From: Macrostomum lignano
Lineage: Eukaryota
Assembly: GCA_002269645.1 (NCBI GenBank)
Contig: NIVC01000257.1
Location: forward strand, 434,001 to 498,000
Reading direction: 5' to 3'
Length of the DNA: 64,000 nt
The notes beneath the pieces were generated by a model. The model was given only the letters and a program-made list of their open reading frames with translations. It was not told the DNA's origin and did no database searches. Positions 49,072 through 59,583 of this stretch are shown piece by piece (positions within the stretch are counted from its first letter, which is position 1; every line of letters starts with the position of its first letter). The position numbers and the translations under genes were made by a program.

Positions 49072-50886
49072 ATGGCCACCGCCTCAGCAGACGACTCAGG
49101 CGACAGTGCTCAGTCTGTGGAGCAGCTACTCACCTGCTCTGCGTGCTGCCGCATGGTCTCCGATCCCAGACTGTTGCCATGCTCACACTCTGTGTGTCTC
49201 AGCTGTGTGGACTCGCTCAGAGATGCCACAGACCGGTGCACAGGCAGCTGCCCTGTCTGCCAGCAGAAACTTCAGCTGCCGAATAATTCTTCTGAGCTGA
49301 AGCGCGACATCACCAAGTGTCAGCTCGCCAAAGCGTTGAATATCACAGAGAAGAGCAGAGAGCTCTGCTCAGCTCCTGACTGCCAGAATGCGTGGAAGGC
49401 CGTGTCAGCCTTGTCGAGCCGAGCCATGTGCGAGCAGCATCTGCAGGCGGAGCTGGACCGGCTGGCTGCAGAGGTGGCCTCACTGAGAGAGCCGGTCGCG
49501 GCTGCACTGGCGCCAGCAAGCCGTCTCTCAGGAATTTGTGGTCGAGCGGCAGAGAAGAAGCAGAGTCTGGAGGCCACGCAGCGAGAGGTGAAGTCGAAGT
49601 TCGAGAGACTTCGAGAGCAGCTCGAGGACGCAGAGACGCTGGCGTTGAAGGCAGTTCGGATCGATATTGAGAGGAGCTCGAGCTGCAGTGAGAGTGCAGA
49701 GTCGATTCGAGCTCAGCTGGCGCAGTTTCAGAGTATGGGTGAGAGCTGGTCGGACTTGCAGACTGCAGGCCTCAGTGCAGTGCAGCTGGTCGATGAGACG
49801 AAGAGAGCACTGCATCAGCTTGAGCACCTTGACGACTCGTTTGCGACAGTCTCTGATGTAGTGAAGTCAACAGTTCAGGCCAGTGTGGAGAGTTTGAAGG
49901 CCAGCAATGAAAAACTATGCAGTGAATTGGAGGTTCTTCTTGATCGGAAAGTTTCAGGTGGCTCGGTGTTATCGCTTAAAGATTCAAAGCATGTTGGATT
50001 TGAGTTCGCTCCTCTATTTGTAGTCTGCTTGTCGGATGTGAAGCTCATGTTGGACTCAAATTTGTATGTCTGTAAACTGAATGGCAGCCTTCCAACTGGC
50101 GCTACTACGCTACCAAAGTCGATCATGTTTGTCATCTTCAAACGGTCGAATTATTTCGATTCCAAGCAAGAATTTCAACTATTTTCGCTTCCTAATTGCA
50201 TCCCAATTTTCGGAGCGCGATTTGCCTTGCAGTTTCCGAATTCGTATTACTCTCGTACTGAAACGATTGAAGCCATTTTTGGCGCTTCTTCTGGGTGTTT
50301 TGTTGTCGCTATTTATGGAAAACTCTTCACTGCAGATGCCAGTGGAAAATTGATAAAGTCCGTTGGCATAGAGGATAGCAAACTGTGGCACTTTTCTCCG
50401 GAATCAGACCAGCTCACGGTTTCTCACTCAAGCTGTGGTGTCCAGTATGTCTCTGTGTTCAACATCAATCTGGAAAAAATTCGAACCGTAGTGATTTCTG
50501 CTTCTTCCATCTCGTCAGTGTTCGCCGTTGGGCCGAAATTCATGTTGGTAGACTTTGGCGACGGCAAGGTGTCGAGAGTTGATGTAGACAGTCGCAGCAT
50601 CTCCGAGCTGGCTCAGCTTGACAGACTGGTTGGTCGACACCGTCGGACCACTGCAGAGCCTGGTGCCTTTGCGCTGTTCTTTGGCGCTGGCAATGCGGTA
50701 TTTGTTGAAGGCAAGCATGCTGTGGCCATGAACAAGAGCGGACAGGTGGTGCAAGCTCTGCAGCTGAAGAACAAGGTGTCGAGAACTGCAACTGTTTTTC
50801 GGATGGCGAACGAGTACTATCTGGTCATGCTCAGTGCATCCTGCAACTCCATGGAGCTTGTGTCAGTTGACCCGACTTGCTTTTGA
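49072..50886 (+). CDS. TRIM-like copy F, intronless (604 aa), with the most divergent C-terminal propeller-like domain
   Basis: RING and coiled coil nearly identical to B and E; C-terminal half only distantly similar (FQLFSLPNCIPIFGA, FMLVDFGDGKVSRVDV, AVAMNKSGQVVQAL); uninterrupted ORF. Confidence 0.85.
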   Translation: MATASADDSGDSAQSVEQLLTCSACCRMVSDPRLLPCSHSVCLSCVDSLRDATDRCTGSCPVCQQKLQLPNNSSELKRDITKCQLAKALNITEKSRELCSAPDCQNAWKAVSALSSRAMCEQHLQAELDRLAAEVASLREPVAAALAPASRLSGICGRAAEKKQSLEATQREVKSKFERLREQLEDAETLALKAVRIDIERSSSCSESAESIRAQLAQFQSMGESWSDLQTAGLSAVQLVDETKRALHQLEHLDDSFATVSDVVKSTVQASVESLKASNEKLCSELEVLLDRKVSGGSVLSLKDSKHVGFEFAPLFVVCLSDVKLMLDSNLYVCKLNGSLPTGATTLPKSIMFVIFKRSNYFDSKQEFQLFSLPNCIPIFGARFALQFPNSYYSRTETIEAIFGASSGCFVVAIYGKLFTADASGKLIKSVGIEDSKLWHFSPESDQLTVSHSSCGVQYVSVFNINLEKIRTVVISASSISSVFAVGPKFMLVDFGDGKVSRVDVDSRSISELAQLDRLVGRHRRTTAEPGAFALFFGAGNAVFVEGKHAVAMNKSGQVVQALQLKNKVSRTATVFRMANEYYLVMLSASCNSMELVSVDPTCF

Positions 50887-52363
50887 GATTTTTTTATATT
50901 GTGTCGGAGACTTTTGGATGCAAATGGTCCTTATCCAGTTGAATGAAGTTTCGCATGTTTGTTCGATTTCACGGTTTCACTTTTGATGACCTTTTCTTCT
51001 CAATATTTACAGTTTTGTTCAGCATTTTTATTTAGTAGCTATCTGTAGTGGGATTTACGAAATTTTTGAGTAGCATTTGGAATATGCAATACTTCATTAA
51101 ATATACTCGTAGCTAGAATACTCGTGTTGAATATCTAATGTTTATTTTATGCAGGTACAAAACTTGAGTCTTCAACGTACTCCTTAACCAAATAGCAATT
51201 AGATTTCGTTTATTTTGTGTAACCACAGAAAACGTATGTACCAGTATGTATTTCATTGGATTATTAATATTTTTGAGCAACAGTATTTACTGATTATTAA
51301 TGGTGGAGGTTTTTCAATTGCTGTTTTTTTTCTCGTAAGAGTCAGCTCAAATGTTTCCGTTGCATTTGATAAAATAGTAAAATACTATTCTTTATTTTCT
51401 ACAATCGAACCAAGCCTTTAAACTATGAGTAGTGTGTTGTTTGAAGTATATTTAGCTTTTTCACTTTCCTAAGCTCGGTGATTTTCGCAGTGCATTATTC
51501 AACTATATTTGATCTTGTTTACCAAATTTAACCATTTTGCACATTTTCAGTGCCAATAAACCGTTTCTACTACTCACTCAGTTTAATTTTTTTGGTTTAT
51601 TTTTTTAATATTTAAAGCAACTAGAATCAGTATATTACGTTATATGTTAATTAGTCAAGAAGCGTTCATTTGTGACGCATTGTGCCTGCCTGTCTTACGG
51701 GCCGACGCACTGCTTCTTGTACATGAGCCGCTGACATTTGAGCATGGATTTCCGCATGGATCTGAACCTGAATGCACTGCTTATCTGTGTGGTTCTGGTT
51801 CTGCCCATAAACTACCATGGAATGTAAAGTACTGCGTTGAGTATTTCTCAATCATGGGATACTTAGGGAAGGAAATAACCGATCAGTCACAAGAGTCTTT
51901 TGATTTTGAAAGCTTTACTGTAAGACAGGCAGCCACCCACAATACGTCACATATTTAGCCAGAACTTTTGAGACGAGTGTGCAAATGAGATTGGGCTAGA
52001 GTACCTCAAATGAATATGAAATGTGCCGCTTTAAGGTGGAACCAATGATGCAGCATTAGCTTTTACGGTATGGGCCCCAGGTTCAAAACTGCCTTTACTT
52101 TCTGGACACCCATCGTATAAATATAATTTTACGAGGCAAAATTATCCCTTAATGAAATTTCCATCTTTGAAAGTTTGTGAGTCTTTTTCGTCTCTGATCA
52201 GACTGCACGTCTTAGCAACTGCGTGTCCTTGTGTTCAACGTGTAATTATTGTTTATTAAATATTATCTGCATTCTATTTTCGTGTTCTTATTGTTATTTT
52301 TATTTCTTTATGTAGATATATTTCAATCAACTTAAATTATTTTCAGCTGTCAGCGAGCCAGTC

Positions 52364-53757
52364 ATGTCCCTAGTCCCGTGGCGTTTCGACAGCCCCTACG
52401 CTGACGAGCGCAACAGTCCGGTACGCAACTTCTGTCTGGCTGGCCATCGTCTGGCCATTGTGCAGGACTTGACTAGCGGACCTATCGGACCGGCTGAGGG
52501 CACCACCGGTAGGCGGCTGTGGAGTGCCGGATTCCTTCTGGTAATTTTGCAAGTGAAGTAGGCGGAGTGAGGTGGGTGTGCAAGTATAGGAGGCGGAGTG
52601 AGGTGGGTGTGCAAGTATAAAAGGAGGTGGAGTGAGGTGGGTGTGCAAGTATAAAAGGAGGCGGAGTGAGGTGGGTGTACAAGTATAAAGGAGGCGGAGT
52701 GAGGTGGGTGTACAAGTAAAGGAGGTGGAGTGAGGTGGGTGTGCAAGTAAAGGATCGGCGGAGTGAGGTGGGTGCCAAATAAACGAGGTGGAATGAGGTG
52801 GACGTAAAAGTAAAGGAGGCGGAGTGAGGTGGGTGTGCAATGAACAGAGCGGATGCGGAGTGAGGTGGGTGTGCAATGAACAGAGCGGATGCGGAGTGAG
52901 GTGGGTGTGCAATGAACAGAGCGGATGCGGAGTGAGGTGGGTGTGCAATGAACAGAGCGGATGCGGAGTGAGGTGGGTGTGCAATGAACAGAGCGGATGC
53001 GGAGTGAGGTGGGTGTGCAATGAACAGAGCGGATGCGGAGTGAGGTGGGTGTGCAATGAACAGAGCGGATGCGGAGTGAGGTGGGTGTGCAATGAACAGA
53101 GCGGATGCGGAGTGAGGTGGGGCTTGCTAGAGACGTAATCAATGACGTAACCCTTAACTATTGGACCATTTCCAGGCCAATTTAATCTCTAAATCAGCGG
53201 ATTGCCTACCACCCGAGCTTCGACGCTCTTTGTCCATCGGCCACCAGCGTCAGCGCCAAGTGCTGGAGCTGGGCGCCGGTTGCGGCCTGCCATCGCTGGT
53301 GTGCGCCTGCCGCGGTGCCCAGGTGGTGGCCACCGACTCAGCCGACTCTCTGCCGCATCTCCGCCGGTCAATCGACGCCAATGCAAGTTCGGCTGACCAG
53401 ACAAAGACCTCCATTGAAGTTGCCACATTAGACTGGGCCAATCCAAACAAAGAGCTGCTACTTGGCCGCGATTGGCTGGCTGTCATCGGCGCCGATTTGT
53501 TCTTTGATCCTGCCGCCTCGGCGACTCTGTTTGACTCGACGCTGCGGCCGCTGCTGCAGTCCCGGCCGGGTCTTGTCTGCGCCTTTGTGTACAAGCGGCG
53601 CGGCCTGGCCGGCGAGGCGGAGTTTCTCGACAGACTCCGGCAGGCGGCTGGTGATGGCCGGCTGGAGTGGAGCAGCGAAGAGCTGCAGCCAATGCCGGAG
53701 TTCGCGGATCCGAGCCAGCACCGTCTGGTGACTGTGCGGTCCAAGGGCTGCGGCTGA
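52364..53757 (+). CDS. Seven-beta-strand protein lysine methyltransferase of the METTL21/METTL23 family. Exons 52364-52540 and 53176-53757 (252 aa)
   Basis: TGRRLWSAGFLL, motif I VLELGAGCGLPSL, VVATD, LDW, GADLFF; GT..AG phase-0 intron. The subfamily is ambiguous, so no symbol is given. Confidence 0.85.
52561..53122. repeat. ~30-36-bp minisatellite (GCGGAGTGAGGTGGGTGTGCAATGAACAGAGCGGAT) filling the methyltransferase intron
   Basis: Degenerate units followed by about 8 exact 36-bp units. Confidence 0.93.
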
Positions 53758-53915
53758 AGCTTATGGATTATTGATTGATGCTGTGCAGTTGCTACTCTTT
53801 ATGGCCTACTGATTAGTAGTATTGTGTATATAAGAAAGTCTTTCTAGTTTCTAGCATGTTTGTTTATATTGTTTCTATTTTATATATCTGAGCTACTATA
53901 ATTACTTTGCATTTA

Positions 53916-54240
53916 GGGGTGGTAGCCTAGTGATTAGAGCGTCGGACTCATGACGGAAAGGTCGGGGGTTCGATTCCCGATCCCACTCGAAACAATTCGT
54001 GTCCTAATTGAGGAAGACACTTTAACTCTGCATTGCTTCAGTTCAACCAGCTGTAAAATGGGTGCCAGCATTAGCTGGGGTAATTGAGGGTGTGTGTGGC
54101 GACCCTCCCCAGTCCTTGGACTGAACAGCCGTACGCAGCCTTCAGATGCGCGGCGCAATAGCTGCGGCTGAGCTGTCGGTTGCACACCTGGCCCAACTGG
54201 GGCAGGTGTAATCAATTATTAATCTTATTATTATTATTTA
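53916..54240 (+). mobile_element. tRNA-derived SINE with a CORE-like central domain and (TTA)n tail
   Basis: A box TGGTAGCCTAGTGATT, B box GGTTCGATTCC (53967-53977), tRNA-Met-like GACTCAT; central GTGTCC..GAGGAAGACACTTTAAC..TGCTTCAGTTCAACCAGCTGTAAAATGGG resembling the CORE domain; TTATTATTATTA tail. Confidence 0.75.
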
Positions 54241-54616
54241 GGCTTCGCGATATTGTAGCCTACCTGTAGAACAAAAAAAACAAAGGCAGACAAAATCAGT
54301 TAAAATCGCCGAAAAATAGTAATACAAGCCTTAAAAATCAAAATATGAAATTATAATTATTCGGAAAGTTCTTGCGCTTGTTGTTTTGGCTGTGTTTGAC
54401 TTTATATACTTCAGAAATTTCAGTATCTGAAAGCAAAATTTGCGTCTTTTTTAATTAGGTTTATTGCACATTTTAATTATTAGTTAAACATACATAATTA
54501 TCAGATAAGAAAATGAACCAAATATGACCATTTTTACAGATCTAGCTTCAAATCGCACCAGCCGCTGAACTCAAATATTTAATGTTGAAATTTCAGCCAA
54601 GTATTATTAAGCCCTG

Positions 54617-57600
54617 ATGAAGCCAAAGCCCGTGCAGCCTCCCCGGCTCGCTTCATCGGCCTCCGAGCTCGGCGTCAAACGGCCGGCCGAGAAGCGCCGC
54701 GAAGCCAAGCAGAAAAAGAAGCAACAGAAAGCCAATGCGAAAAAGCAACTGAAAGAGAAACGCCAGCAACAGTCGGCTGACGTTTCTATGCGAGACCATA
54801 GCGTCCTTGACAACAGTCGCCATAGCAACCGCGAGTCGGCCGATGAAGACGACGACGACGATGAGGTGGCGCTGAACCCGGATTTCAAATTCGACCTGCC
54901 AGCCGCCAAGCCTCATCAACCGCTTTCCCAGCCTCCTGAGCCCAAGCTGCGCGCCCACGGCGAGAAGACCAACGTTGACGCTCTCATACAGCGGCGCCTG
55001 CTGCAGCAGAAGCCCGCTGACGCCGACGCCGACCTGGAAGCGGCTGCCGACGACCCTGCATCCGGTTCGGCCGCTCCGCAGGCCGAAGCCCCGATCGATC
55101 CCGACCTGGTGGACGCTGACGAGGTGAAGCCGAAGGCCAAGAAGGGCCGCAAACAGGCGGCCGGGCCGGCCACGCCTGGCTTTGCGGACGAGATCGACCG
55201 GCCGGACCTGCCGGCCGGGTCCAGCTTCCTGGCTCTCAACCTGTCCCGGCCGCTGCTGCGCGCCCTGGCCGAGCTGTCCTGGTCGCGGCCGACTCCAATC
55301 CAGGCCGCCTGCGTGCCAATCGCTCTGGCCGGCCGCGACATCTGCGCCTGCGCTCGCACCGGCAGCGGCAAGACGGCCGCCTTCCTGCTGCCCGTCATCG
55401 AACGGCTGCTGTACAAGCCGGCGGGACCGCCTGTGACCCGGGTGCTCGTGCTCAGCCCCACCAGGGAGCTGGCCGTGCAGATTCACAGCGTGGCCGAGCA
55501 GCTGCTGCGCTACTGCGGACGGCGGGTGTCGCTGAGTCTGTCGGCTGGTGGTCTGGATCTGCGGGGTCAGGAGGCTGCGCTCAGGCAGGTCAGTCAGGCA
55601 GTCAGATAGTCAGTCAATCAGTCAGTCAGTCAGTCATTCAGTCAGTCAGTCAGTCAGTCAGTCAGTCAGTCAGTCAGTCAGTCAGTCAGTCAGTCAGTCA
55701 GTCAGTCAGTCAGTCAGTCAGTCAGTCAGTCAGTCTGTCCTTACCCGCATTATAAAGTACATTTTGTACTTGATATTATCTGTAGGTTGCTGTATATTTT
55801 CTTCCTAATCCTAATCAACCGCGCAGGGTCCGGACATTGTCGTAGCAACGCCCGGCCGCCTCATCGATCACGCGCACAATGCGCCCAGCTTCCACTTGCG
55901 CAATATTGAAATTCTTGTTCTAGACGAAGCTGACAAACTGATTGACGAGTTTTTTATTGAACAGATCAAAGAGATTGTGCGGCTGTGCTCGCCTACTCGA
56001 CAGGTGCGTCTTGAATGGGTGTTTTATTATTGCTTCAGCTCACTTCAGTCTCATCTACTGATTTTCTGACTTATTCAGACCCATACTGTCTTACTCAGTC
56101 TCACCTACTGTCTCACTCAGACTCACTCACCGTTTCAACCTGTCTCACTCAGACTCTCCTACTGTCTCACCCTGTCTTACTCAGATTCTCCTACTGTCTC
56201 ACCCTGTCTCCACCAGACTCTCCTACTGTCTCACCCTGTCTCCACCAGACTCCTACTGTCTCACCCTGTCTCACTCAGACTCTCCTACTGTCTCACCCTG
56301 TCTCACCCTGTCTCACCCTATCTCCCAGGTGCTGCTGTTCAGCGCCACCATGACAGACGATGTCCGCGAGCTGTCGGCCATGGCGCTGCGCAATCCGGTG
56401 AAGCTGTTCCTCAGCGACAAGGCCGACGTCACCCTCCGCCTGCAGCAGGAGTTCGTGCGCATCCGCGAACAGCGCGAATCCGATCGTGAAGCCATAGTCG
56501 CAGCGCTGGTGCAGCGCAGCTTCAACGAGCGCTGCATCGTGTTCTGCCCGACCCGCCGGCTGTGCCATCGGATGCACGTCCTGCTCGGCCTGCTAGGCGT
56601 GTCGTGCGCCGAGTTGCACAGCTCGTTGAGCCAGGCCCAGCGGCTGGAGGCGCTAGAACGATTTCACAAGGCCGAGGTTGGCGTGCTGCTAGCCACGGAT
56701 CTGGTGTCGCGAGGCCTGGATATTCAGGGCGTGCGGACCGTCATTAACTACAGCCTGCCGGATACGCTCAAGGTGCGAAGAGCTTGGGCTTAGTAGAGTT
56801 TTCTACTATGCATATCGGTAGACTATAATAGACATCTAATATATATTGTATTTGAAGAATTCTACAAATCGTTTCTTTATTGTCTTCCAGTTAGTAATAA
56901 AGTTACCGAACGAGACTCCCACTCTATCGTCCTTCAGATGTACACCCACCCTATCCTCATCCAGGTGTACACTCACCCCATCATTATCCAGGTGTACACT
57001 CCCACAATCCTCATCCAGGTGTACACCCACCCTATCCTCATCCAGGTGTACACTCACCCCATCCTCATCCAGGTGTACACTCTCCCATCAATATCCAGGT
57101 GTACACTAACCTCATCCTCATCCAGGTGTACACTCACCTCATCCTCATCCAGGTGTACACTCACCCCATCCTCATCCAGGTGTACACTCACCCCATCCTT
57201 ATCCAGGTGTACACTCACCCCATCCTTATCCAGGTGTACACTCGCCCCATCAATATCCAGGTGTACACTCACCCCATCAATATCCAGGTGTACACTCACC
57301 CCATCAATATCCAGGTGTACACTCACCCCATCAATATCCAGGTGTACACTCACCCCATACTCATCCAGGTGTACACTCACCCCATCCTTATCCAGGTGTA
57401 CACTCACCCCATCCTTATCCAGGTGTACACTCACCCCATCCTTATCCAGGTGTACACTCACCCCATCATTATCCAGGTGTACACTCTCCCCATCAATATC
57501 CAGGTGTACACTAACCTCATCCTCATCCAGGTGTACACTCACCCCATCCTCATCTAGGTGTACACCAATCCCATCCTCATCTAGGTGTACACTCACCCCA

Positions 57601-58085
57601 TCATTATCCAGGTGTACACTCACCCCATCATTATCCAGGTGTACACTCACCGAGTTGGCCGCACCGCCCGAGCCGGCAAGCAGGGCCTGGCCATCAGTCT
57701 GGCGGGAGAGGCGGAGCGGCCTCTACTGAAGCAGATTGTGCGCAAAGCGCCGATCCCCGTAAAGCTGCGCACGGTGCCAAAGTCGACAGTAGCGGCTTAT
57801 CGAGAGCGCATCGCCGCCCTGGAGCCGGACGTGTCCGCCGTGATGCAGGAGGAGCGTCTCGAGTCCGCGCAGCGGGCGGCCGAGCAGTCGCTGAATCGGG
57901 TTCAGAAGCGCCTGGAAGCGGCTGGCAGCAGCGGCAGTCGGTCGCAACAGCAGCAGCAACTGCAGCGCAACTGGTTCAGAGCCAGGGGCGGCTGCAATTC
58001 AGCAACTGCCGGCGCCGCCAGCGGAGTCCTTGGCGCGGGAAAACTGGGGAAAGCCAAGGGGAAGAAGGCAAAAGGCAGTGCTTGA
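54617..58085 (+). CDS. DDX27: DEAD-box RNA helicase DDX27/DRS1 (60S biogenesis). Exons 54617-55588, 55827-56003, 56329-56772, 57639-58085 (about 679 aa)
   Basis: Q motif PTPIQ, ARTGSGKT, SPTRELA, ATPGRLIDH, LVLDEAD, FSAT, LQQEFVRIR, RGLDI, HRVGRTARAG, and C-terminal RNWF; Lys/Asp-rich N-terminus; all introns GT..AG phase 0. Confidence 0.92.
55589..55738. repeat. (GTCA)n microsatellite starting at the DDX27 intron 1 donor
   Basis: CAG|GTCAGTCAGGCAGTCAG... Confidence 0.95.
56045..56326. repeat. Degenerate TCTCACCCTG/CAGACTCTCCTACTG repeats in DDX27 intron 2, running into the acceptor
   Basis: Directly visible. Confidence 0.8.
56935..57651. repeat. 27-bp minisatellite (CCAGGTGTACACTCACCCCATCCTCAT) whose unit spans the DDX27 intron 3 / exon 4 junction
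   Basis: About 26 units; the last one supplies the true acceptor and the first codons (VYTH) of exon 4. Confidence 0.95.
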
Positions 58086-58153
58086 ATTTTGAGTTTTTTA
58101 AAATTGGATCCTCACGCTGGGTTCCCCTTGGCTCTTGCCTTTGTCTCTCCCCC

Positions 58154-58945
58154 CTGTCCCTACCTGAGTCTCCCCTTCTGTCCCTACCTGAGTCTCCCCT
58201 CTGTCCCTACCTGAGTCTCCCCCCTGTCCCTACCTGAGTCTCCCCCTCTGTCCCTACCTGAGTCTCCCCTCTGTCCCTACCTGAGTCTCCCCCCTGTCCC
58301 TACCTGAGTCTCCCCCTCTGTCCCTACCTGAGTCTCCCCCCTGTCCCTACCTGAGTCTCCCCCTGTCCCTACCTGAGTCTCCCCCTCTGTCCCTACCTGA
58401 GTCTCCCCCTGTCCCTACCTGAGTCTCCCCCCTCTGTCCCTACCTGAGTCTCCCCCTGTCCCTACCTGAGTCTCTCCTCTGTCCCTACCTGAGTCTCCCC
58501 CTCTGTCCCTACCTGAGTCTCCCCCCTCTGTCCCTACCTGAGTCTCCCCCTGTCCCTACCTGAGTCTCTCCTCTGTCCCTACCTGAGTCTCCCCCTGTCC
58601 CTACCTGAGTCTCTCCTCTGTCCCTACCTGAGTCTCCCCCTGTCCCTACCTGAGTCTCCCCCTGTCCCTACCTGAGTCTCTCCTCTGTCCCTACCTGAGT
58701 CTCCCCCTGTCCCTACCTGAGTCTCCCCTCTGTCCCTACCTGAGTCTCCCCCTCTGTCCCTACCCGAGTCTCCCCTCTGTCCCTACCTGAGTCTCCCCCC
58801 TGTCCCTACTTGAGTCTCCCCCTGTCCCTACCCGAGTCTCCCCTCTGTCCCTACCTGAGTCTCTCCTCTGTCCCTACCTGAGTCTCCCCCTCTGTCCCTA
58901 CCTGAGTCTCTCCTCTGTCCCTACCTGAGTCTCTCCCCCTGTCCC
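58154..58945. repeat. 22-24-bp minisatellite (CTGTCCCTACCTGAGTCTCCCC) downstream of the DDX27 stop
   Basis: Tandem units directly visible. Confidence 0.95.
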
Positions 58946-59010
58946 TTAAATTCAGTTTCTAAAAGGGTTGCAGTTAATTTATCCTACTATGCTCGCGATT
59001 CGCATTGTAA

Positions 59011-59020
59011 AATAAATAAA
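59011..59020 (+). terminator. Candidate polyadenylation signal of DDX27
   Basis: AATAAATAAA; first AATAAA seen after the stop, lying beyond the minisatellite. Confidence 0.45.
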
Positions 59021-59204
59021 AACTTTATTTGCGCGTAAATTATTAACGGCATTTAATATTTTCCGACCTGTTTGAATAAATGCTGACTCGATGCAGATTG
59101 GAGCTGAGCTGTGTGGCTCCTCATTCTGCGACTTTGGACCGTCTGGGCTTGTTTGAGGAAACTGCTGGAGTCTATTGATTTTTTTCTGTGAATTAGCTGC
59201 TAGT

Positions 59205-59234
59205 CTGTTTTTCTGTCTGTCTGTCTCTGCTGTG

Positions 59235-59269
<35 letters not shown>

Positions 59270-59509
59270 AAGTGTCTGTCTGTCAGTCAGTGTCTGTCTC
59301 TCTGTCTGTGTGTCTGTCTGTCTGTCTGTGTCTGTCTCTCTGTCTGTGTCTGTCTCTCTGTCTGTCTGTGTCTGTCTCTCTGTCTGTGTCTGTCTGTCAG
59401 TCAGTGTCTGTCTCTGTCTGTGTGTCTGTCTCTCTGTCTGTGTCTGTCTCTCTGTCTGTGTCTGTCTGTCTGTCTGTGTCTGTCTCTCTGTCTGTGTGTC
59501 TGTCTGTCA
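59205..59509. repeat. (TGTC/TC)n microsatellite upstream of RING-H2 gene 1
   Basis: Directly visible; ends at the acceptor-like ATCCAG (59515). Confidence 0.9.
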
Positions 59510-59583
59510 ATCCAGTCGCACAGGATAGGGTAGATACTGCACTAAAAGCAGCCCAGCACTCGCACCAATTGCCCGGTTATTGC

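Noticed and set aside
51290-51440. Possible seventh TRIM-like remnant (AACTATGAGTAGTG at about 51421)
   Set aside because: Only the 14-nt terminal match is convincing and the upstream similarity is too weak to call.
53916-53990. Possible tRNA-Met gene
   Set aside because: The cloverleaf is degenerate and continues into a CORE-like domain and a (TTA)n tail, so it is a SINE head.
6501-56577. Numerous antisense and alternate-frame ORFs overlapping GC-rich exons
   Set aside because: Expected shadows of high-GC3 coding sequence, with no independent motifs.
59272-59583. N-terminal extension of the RING-H2 ORF through the (TGTC)n run
   Set aside because: Microsatellite translation; the paralog at 63176 starts at the equivalent MAPI methionine.
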